DNA of 22,687 nt from Candidatus Latescibacterota bacterium (GTDB lineage Bacteria > Latescibacterota > UBA2968): NCBI GenBank assembly GCA_038279365.1, contig JAYODI010000091.1, positions 1 through 22,687 of the forward strand, given 5' to 3'. This document shows positions 16,523 through 22,687 of the stretch, piece after piece. Made by a program: the position numbers and the translations under genes. The notes under the pieces are model-generated. The model was not told the DNA's origin. It worked only from the letters and a program-made list of their open reading frames with translations, and did not search any database. Each line of letters starts with the position of its first letter. The first letter of the stretch is position 1.

Positions 16523-18514
16523 ATGAATGACAACCACCATACTCAGACAGATACTATGAACACTCACACCTATCGCCTTCTTTTTTATTCATCTCTTCTT
16601 TTTACCTTCGTGTTTTTATTGGGTTGTCTCTCACCAGATCCCAAAAATCGACAGACTGACAAAGCCTCAGCAGAGTCGGTTTCTGCTCAGACGCAAACAC
16701 ATGCCCCATTGCAAATAGATGCTGAGATTTTACGCACACGATCTTTTGGGGAGTCGCCGATGTGGACGGCAGAGGTGAAGGCAGGTACGTTGCCTCCTGT
16801 TTCTGATCGTTTGCCCGAACACCCGCGTGTGATTATTCCTTTTAAAGAGATTGGTACCTATGGCGGGGCGATTCGCCGTGCCATTACGGGTGATATTGTT
16901 CAGATTCCGGCGACGATGAAAGCCAAAAATGAAGGGTTGATGATTTTTACGCCGCCTATGGGCAATGGCATTGAACCCAACTTGGCAACGCAGTGGCAAT
17001 TTGGCAATGGTGGGCGAGAATTGATTTTGTTTTTGCGCAAGGGTGTTCGGTGGTCCGATGGCCATCCTTTTACAGCCGATGATGTGTTGTTTTTTTATCA
17101 GGATGTGTTGTTCGATGACGAATCGCGCCCACTGGATCGCACGAGTGTGCCGCCTGCGTTTATGGAAAATGGTAGGCCCATTGGGCTTGAGAAAATAGAC
17201 GATTATACGATTCGATTTTTTGCTGATCAATCGATGGGGCAATTGCTCAAAGAGTTGGCGGGGGTGGGTGAAGCGGCGTATCCGAAACACATTTTTGCAA
17301 AGTGGCATCCCAAATACAACAAAGATGCCACGTATGAAGCGTTTCGCAAACGGGCGACTCGGGCACAGTTTTTATATACACCTGATATGCCCACGCTGTC
17401 GGCATGGGCACCTGCCATGTGGATTCATGGCCAGCGCGTGGTGTATAAGCGCAATCCCTATTATTGGAAAGTCGATACCGCAGGTAATCAGTTGCCTTAT
17501 GTGGATGAATTAATTTTACAGGTGATACCAGACCGACAAGTGGTGTTGCTGAAGTTTATTAATGGGGAACTGGATTTGTTTGGGCGGTATTCTCAAATTG
17601 CGATGTTTGAAACGCTTAAACAGGCTGAACGAAGCAGTGGCAATTTTAAAGTGTATTTGTCGGGGCCAGTGCCTGCTCATGTTTTTTATTTGAATTGGGA
17701 CACACCCAAGCTTGAATTGCGAAAAGCGTTTCGCAACCGCGATGTGCGCATTGCGATGTCATTGGCATTGGATCGAGAAGAGATCAGTCAATTGCTGTAT
17801 CATGGATTTTTGGTGCCAGCGGGGTTTTCGTTTTATCCACCTAACCCGTATTATAGCGAAGAGACATTTAAGCGGTTTAGTGAATACGATCCCGCGCGTG
17901 CAAGGGCATTGTTGGATCAGGCGGGGTATCGCGATACAGATGGCGATGGGTTTAGAGAGTTGGGTGATGGGTCGCGGTTTGAGTTGACGTTGGATATTGC
18001 GACGAGTTCGGGTGCAACAGCCGATATTTCTGAATTGGTGACGGCGCATTGGGAAGCGGTGGGCATTAAGGTGAATACGTTTGCGGCGTTGCGAGATATT
18101 ATTGTGCCACGTCGATACAGTGGTGAATTTGATGTGCATTATTGGTGGTTTGACAGCGCCGATGATCCGTTGAGTGCACTTGATGAATGGATCATTACGG
18201 CACATAATATGCCCTATTGGCATCGCGATGCGATGACCGATGGACCTGAATGGCTTCGTGAGACAACGCGTTTGCTTGAGCTGGCTGCGACGAGTACGGA
18301 TACGGTGGCGATACGAAAAAATATGATTCGGGCACGTGACATTTATACAGAGAACATTCCGGCCATTCCCTTGGGTGCTTCGTATCGGGTGTGGGGTGCC
18401 AGCACGCGTTTGGGCAATATTCCCGATGATGTTTCTTTTTCCGAAGCACACGGTGCGTGGGGCAGGCCGATTACACACGAGCAAATTTTCATTAAGTCTA
18501 CGGAGACACCATGA
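16523..18514 (+). CDS. ABC transporter substrate-binding lipoprotein, family 5 (peptide/oligosaccharide)
   Basis: Lipobox LLGC after a hydrophobic stretch; GTLPPVSDRLP, LRKGVRWSDGHPFTADDV, RNPYYWKVDTAGNQLPYVD, DTDGDG. The start may be the second ATG (16556). Confidence 0.92.
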   Translation: MNDNHHTQTDTMNTHTYRLLFYSSLLFTFVFLLGCLSPDPKNRQTDKASAESVSAQTQTHAPLQIDAEILRTRSFGESPMWTAEVKAGTLPPVSDRLPEHPRVIIPFKEIGTYGGAIRRAITGDIVQIPATMKAKNEGLMIFTPPMGNGIEPNLATQWQFGNGGRELILFLRKGVRWSDGHPFTADDVLFFYQDVLFDDESRPLDRTSVPPAFMENGRPIGLEKIDDYTIRFFADQSMGQLLKELAGVGEAAYPKHIFAKWHPKYNKDATYEAFRKRATRAQFLYTPDMPTLSAWAPAMWIHGQRVVYKRNPYYWKVDTAGNQLPYVDELILQVIPDRQVVLLKFINGELDLFGRYSQIAMFETLKQAERSSGNFKVYLSGPVPAHVFYLNWDTPKLELRKAFRNRDVRIAMSLALDREEISQLLYHGFLVPAGFSFYPPNPYYSEETFKRFSEYDPARARALLDQAGYRDTDGDGFRELGDGSRFELTLDIATSSGATADISELVTAHWEAVGIKVNTFAALRDIIVPRRYSGEFDVHYWWFDSADDPLSALDEWIITAHNMPYWHRDAMTDGPEWLRETTRLLELAATSTDTVAIRKNMIRARDIYTENIPAIPLGASYRVWGASTRLGNIPDDVSFSEAHGAWGRPITHEQIFIKSTETP

Positions 18515-20475
18515 ACCAACCTTTTACGCATCCTGGGATGTTACATACCAAGCAAGATCTTACATTCATGAAAGAACACGTTCATGAAGAACCTTGGAAA
18601 ACGGCGTATGCCAATTTGTGTGCCCAGCCTTTTTCTTCGCTCGATTTTAAGCCTGAGCCTCATACGCATGTCATTCGTGGCCCTTATGGTAAACCAAGCA
18701 TTGGTGACAAAGAATTGTCGGGAAGTGCCAATGCCGCGTATAGCCACGCACTTCAATGGGTTGTTACGGGCGATGAAAAACACGCAAATAAGGCGATTGA
18801 AATTTTGAATGCGTGGTCGGGTGTGATTTGGGATTTTCAATTGAATGATGCAAAATTGTTGGCGGCTTGGACGGGTGATTATTTTTGTAATGCGGCAGAG
18901 ATTTTGAAGCACACGGATTCGGGGTGGGCAGAAAAAGACATTGAGCAATTTAAGCGCATGATGCTTACGGTGTATTATCCATTGCTGGAAAACTTCTTTC
19001 CTGAAGCCAATGGCAATTGGGATGGGGCCATTATTAACACATTACTTTGTGTGGGTATTTTTTGTGATGATCACGCTATGTTTAATCGTGTGGTAAATCA
19101 TTATTTGCGTGGTCGCGGCAATGGGGGCATTACGAAATATGTTTATCCAAGTGGTCAATGCCAAGAAAGCACACGCGATCAGAGTCACACACAGTTGGGG
19201 CTAAATGAATTTGCATTGGCTTGCCAAGTGGCGTGGCATCAGGGTGTTGATCTTTACAAAACGGCAGACAATCGGTTGGCATTGGGCTTTGAACATGCGG
19301 CGCGATATATGTTGGGTGAAGATGTTGAAACGTATGGCACCATTTCAGAGCAGGGACGTGAGCGTATTTGGGATATTTATGAGACGGTTTTTCAGCACTA
19401 TCATCATGTCAAAGGGTTGGAGATGCCCTATTGCCAGCGGGCTGTTGAACAAACGCGAAAAGATGAAAAGTCTTGGCTTGCATTGACGATGTATCGAGGT
19501 GCGATAGAAAATGCACCACAAACATTGGATGCTCCGAAACCGAGTTTGCAGGCACCTCATGCTGGGGCGCAATCTGAACCGACGACACAACCGCCTGAAG
19601 ATGCTATTCGGGTGACGATAGAGGATAGTTTACAGGCTGTGTTGGATGGATGTGCGAAAGGGGCTTGGGTGGTGTTGGACAAGGGGCTTTATACATTGCC
19701 TGAAACACTTAAAATACCAAACAAGATTACTTTGTCGGGGCAAGGGTTTGAAACGGTTCTGCATCTCAATTCCGAAAAAACAGGATCTGCACTTGCCAAT
19801 GAACAGGATGATTTAAATCATGTCACTTTGCGTGATTTGGTTATTGAAGGGGCTGTCAAAAGTGAGTCGCCGCGCGACCCAAACAGTGCGCGTCGAACGC
19901 GGTCTTATGCCAGTGCTCCGAGTCGTGCGGGGATTGTTTTTGCCGCACAACATGCGCGTCAAATGCATGACCTTCATTTTGAACATGTGACGGTGCAAAA
20001 TTGTACATTGGATGGTGTGGCTATTCGGGGTGCGCAAAATGTGACGATTGTTGCGTGTGATTTTAGTGACAGTGGTTCGAGTGTGGTACCTGGCCCTGGC
20101 TTGCAACACAATTTGCTGATAACGCGATCCGATACGGTTGAGATTCGTGACAGTCGTTTTGATACGTCGCCGTGGGGAAGTGGTGTGGATATCAGTCATT
20201 GTCAAAATGTGAAACTGTCAAATTGTGAAGTGGCTCGCAATGCGTTGCACGGTGTTCATGTGACAGAGAGTGAACGTGTTCATATTGTGAAGAATCTTGT
20301 GGAAGGGAATGATGCACACGGGATTGTTTTTGATAAGCAGATGGATGGGTGTGACGCGGTTACACTGATGGATAATTTGTCGCGTAACAATGGTAAATGG
20401 GGTATTTGTGTGTCGGATGTTGTTGATGAAACAATAGAAAATAATGTGGTCATAGACAATCAAAACGATCAATAG
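18511..20475 (+). CDS. Alginate-lyase-like helical-barrel domain fused to a right-handed parallel beta-helix domain
   Basis: N-terminal FTHPGMLHT, NGNWD, GQCQESTRDQSHTQLG; Pro-rich linker; C-terminal ITLSGQG and Asn/Gly-rich repeats (NCTLDGV, NALHGV, NDAHGI, NGKWGI). ATGA overlap with the upstream gene. Confidence 0.8.
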   Translation: MNQPFTHPGMLHTKQDLTFMKEHVHEEPWKTAYANLCAQPFSSLDFKPEPHTHVIRGPYGKPSIGDKELSGSANAAYSHALQWVVTGDEKHANKAIEILNAWSGVIWDFQLNDAKLLAAWTGDYFCNAAEILKHTDSGWAEKDIEQFKRMMLTVYYPLLENFFPEANGNWDGAIINTLLCVGIFCDDHAMFNRVVNHYLRGRGNGGITKYVYPSGQCQESTRDQSHTQLGLNEFALACQVAWHQGVDLYKTADNRLALGFEHAARYMLGEDVETYGTISEQGRERIWDIYETVFQHYHHVKGLEMPYCQRAVEQTRKDEKSWLALTMYRGAIENAPQTLDAPKPSLQAPHAGAQSEPTTQPPEDAIRVTIEDSLQAVLDGCAKGAWVVLDKGLYTLPETLKIPNKITLSGQGFETVLHLNSEKTGSALANEQDDLNHVTLRDLVIEGAVKSESPRDPNSARRTRSYASAPSRAGIVFAAQHARQMHDLHFEHVTVQNCTLDGVAIRGAQNVTIVACDFSDSGSSVVPGPGLQHNLLITRSDTVEIRDSRFDTSPWGSGVDISHCQNVKLSNCEVARNALHGVHVTESERVHIVKNLVEGNDAHGIVFDKQMDGCDAVTLMDNLSRNNGKWGICVSDVVDETIENNVVIDNQNDQ

Positions 20476-20487
20476 GAAGGAATCATT

Positions 20488-21534
20488 ATGTTACAATGGG
20501 GTATTATTGGGCCAGGCAGTATTGCGCGTGTTTTTTGCAATGGGTTGCGTTTTTCTAAGACGGGTAAATTGGCTGCTGTGGCGAGCCGAGATGTAGATCG
20601 TGCCAAACAATTTGCAACGATGTTTGGTTGTGAGAAGGTGCATGATTCATATGACGCACTGTTGGCTGATGAAACGATTGATGCGGTTTATGTGGCCACG
20701 GTACATCCCGCCCATGAAGAGTGGGTGATTAAGGCGGCAGAAGCGGGCAAACACATTTTGGTTGAGAAGCCTATGGGTGTGAATGTGGCGGAGGTGACTG
20801 CCATGCTTGATGCGGCCAAAAAACACGATGTGTTTTTGATGGAAGCGTTTATGTATCGGTGCCACCCACAAATTGAGAAGATGGTGTCATTGATTCAAGA
20901 CAAGGCCATTGGTGAGGTGCGGGTGATTCGATCTGCATTTGGTTATCACGCAGGGTTTAACCCTGAGTCGCGTGCATATAATCGTGACTTGGCGGGTGGA
21001 GGGATTATGGATGTGGGTTGTTACCCGGCGTCGATGTCGCGTTTGGTGGCGGGAGCCGCAGTTGGCAAGGCGTTTCTCGACCCAACAGAAGTGAAAGCAA
21101 CAGGGGTGATTGGTGAGACGGGTGTGGATTATTATACAACGGCGGTTTTGCAATTTGAACATGATATGATTGCGCAGATCAGTACGGGTGTGGCGTGTAA
21201 CTTACCAGGTGAGATTACAGTTTATGGTTCGGAAGGGATTTTGTCTTTGCCACAACCTTGGTTGCCGTCTACACCGTGTCGAACGGCGAGAGAAGCTTTG
21301 CCATTGGATACAGCATTTCCGCCGAGTGAAATTCATTTGCAACGCAAAGGGCAAACGGAAACGATTGTGGTAGATGTGGATCGCGATTTGTTTACGTATG
21401 AAGCGGATATGGTTGCCCAATATATTGACAAACGCCAAGCACCTGTGAATTCTTGGGATGACAGTTTGGGCAATATGCAGGTGTTGGAAAAATGGCGTGC
21501 GGAGATCGGTTTGAAATATGCTCAGGATGCTTGA
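20488..21534 (+). CDS. Gfo/Idh/MocA family oxidoreductase
   Basis: WGIIGPGSIA, AVASR, AGKHILVEKP, MEAFMYR, GGGIMDVGCY. Confidence 0.93.
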   Translation: MLQWGIIGPGSIARVFCNGLRFSKTGKLAAVASRDVDRAKQFATMFGCEKVHDSYDALLADETIDAVYVATVHPAHEEWVIKAAEAGKHILVEKPMGVNVAEVTAMLDAAKKHDVFLMEAFMYRCHPQIEKMVSLIQDKAIGEVRVIRSAFGYHAGFNPESRAYNRDLAGGGIMDVGCYPASMSRLVAGAAVGKAFLDPTEVKATGVIGETGVDYYTTAVLQFEHDMIAQISTGVACNLPGEITVYGSEGILSLPQPWLPSTPCRTAREALPLDTAFPPSEIHLQRKGQTETIVVDVDRDLFTYEADMVAQYIDKRQAPVNSWDDSLGNMQVLEKWRAEIGLKYAQDA

Positions 21535-21598
21535 TCATTTGGCTGTTAGATGCCCATGTTGAGTGTTCTGTGAATTAGAAAATAGCGCTTCCTTTCAT

Positions 21599-21636
21599 AA
21601 AAGATCATCCACACATTTTGTTGTGGGTGATCTTTT
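21599..21636 (+). terminator. Intrinsic terminator after the six-gene operon
   Basis: Inverted repeat AAAAGATCATCCACA / TGTGGGTGATCTTTT ending in a T tract, 65 nt after the stop at 21534. Confidence 0.75.
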
Positions 21637-21722
21637 GTTATTAAGAGTTTGAAAAAGATCGAACCTTTTGGAACCGTTAATTGATATATCTGATGAGAGA
21701 CATAAGATTTCTGTTTGGGGAG

Positions 21723-22687
21723 ATGACGTTGCATACGCTATTGATTATTTGTGAACCTGGGCTTCATATATTACAACTTACTGAATTGAAAAATTTGGGT
21801 TATAGCGGCGAGGTTGTGAATGCGGCAAGTGTGCGTGTGGAAAATGCAACGGATGATGATGTGGTGCGTTTGAACTATTTGCTCAGGCAAGCATTGGGTG
21901 TGTATGTGGTTTTGTGGGAAGGGTCTGTTGATACGCTTGATGATATTCGACAGGCGGGTGCTGAAGCGGACTATGCGATGTGGCTCGATTCGAAACAAAG
22001 TTTTCGTGTTGAGGCAGATCGGTTTGGTGAGCATACTTTTCGGTCGCCACAAATTGCGGGTGCAATTGGTCAGCGGATTGTGAATCAGTTTATGGATCGA
22101 AGCGGTGTGCGGGTGCGGGCAGATCTTGATCTCTCAGATGTGCGATTTCATGCGCTGTTGTATGATGATCATTTGGTGATTTCGGTGAATACATCGGGTG
22201 AGCATTTGCGGGATCGTCATCCGAGGGTGTATCGGCATCGTTCCTCTTTGCGTCCATCTATTGCGGCGGCGATGATCGGGCTTTCATCGTTTGGAACGGG
22301 GAGATCGCTTTTTGATCCTATGGCGGGTGGGGGCACATTGCCGACAGAGGCTTGCCTTATTAAGAAGGGGATTCCAGCAGGGGTTTTTCGACCGTTTTAT
22401 GCGTTTGAGAAGTTGGTAAATTTTGATGCGCGATTATTGGACAGTTTGCGAGCCAAGAAACGTGAACCGTTTTTGGTTGATAATGTTCAGATTGGTGCGT
22501 GTGATCGTTCGGTGAAGGCGTTGACGGGGATGCGGCAGAATTTTGAGGCTCAGGGATTGATTGAGGACATTGATCATTGGGAAGATGATGCAGAACAGCT
22601 TCGGAAACTGGATGCGGGGAGGTTTCAAATTATGATTTCCAATCCATCTTATGGGATATGGAATGGAAGTGTGAAACTGGCGCATCA
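21723..22687 (+). CDS. THUMP-domain SAM-dependent RNA m2G methyltransferase (Trm14/TrmN/RlmL-like), 3' end outside the window
   Basis: Not in the ORF track because it has no stop. Manual translation is open from 21723 to the end: SFRVEADRFGEHTFRS (THUMP), NTSGEHLRDRHPRVYRHRSSLRPSIAAAM, FDPMAGGGT (SAM motif), ISNPSYG. TTG at 21729 is better spaced from the GGGGAG RBS and may be the start. Confidence 0.88.
   Translation, partial: MTLHTLLIICEPGLHILQLTELKNLGYSGEVVNAASVRVENATDDDVVRLNYLLRQALGVYVVLWEGSVDTLDDIRQAGAEADYAMWLDSKQSFRVEADRFGEHTFRSPQIAGAIGQRIVNQFMDRSGVRVRADLDLSDVRFHALLYDDHLVISVNTSGEHLRDRHPRVYRHRSSLRPSIAAAMIGLSSFGTGRSLFDPMAGGGTLPTEACLIKKGIPAGVFRPFYAFEKLVNFDARLLDSLRAKKREPFLVDNVQIGACDRSVKALTGMRQNFEAQGLIEDIDHWEDDAEQLRKLDAGRFQIMISNPSYGIWNGSVKLAH

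Noticed and set aside
21546-21734. 62-aa minus-strand ORF
   Set aside because: Spans the terminator hairpin and the methyltransferase start; no coding support.
257-22685. Numerous antisense and alternate-frame ORFs inside the long genes
   Set aside because: Shadow ORFs of well-supported CDSs. Similar ones at 3016-3312 and 5255-5440 only reflect kinase paralogy.
1-22687. Mobile element, prophage or defence system
   Set aside because: No transposase, integrase, terminal repeats or phage structural genes seen.

Overview
Bacterial chromosomal window (moderate GC; the + strand is G/T-rich throughout). Left half, minus strand: three tandem paralogous 7TM-PAS histidine kinases (one classical, one intact hybrid, one hybrid broken by a W->TAG stop and an internal deletion), then a three-gene unit (M28 glutamate-carboxypeptidase-II-like peptidase, DUF1499, heparinase II/III-family lyase). 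Right half: an orphan queD-like gene, a D-2-hydroxyacid dehydrogenase, a six-gene plus-strand unit (GNAT, DUF1593, C69 peptidase, family-5 ABC binding lipoprotein, alginate-lyase/beta-helix fusion, Gfo/Idh/MocA), and a 3'-truncated THUMP RNA methyltransferase missing from the ORF track. The most notable element is the gene-free gap 10738-11525. It holds a near-consensus sigma54 promoter (10907-10922), about 440 nt that can fold almost continuously into nested multibranch helices with repeated hairpin loops, and a strong + strand intrinsic terminator (11329-11372). This is a candidate stand-alone large structured ncRNA that I cannot assign to a known family. All family calls come from motif recognition and all folds from pairing by eye; no searches or folding programs were run.
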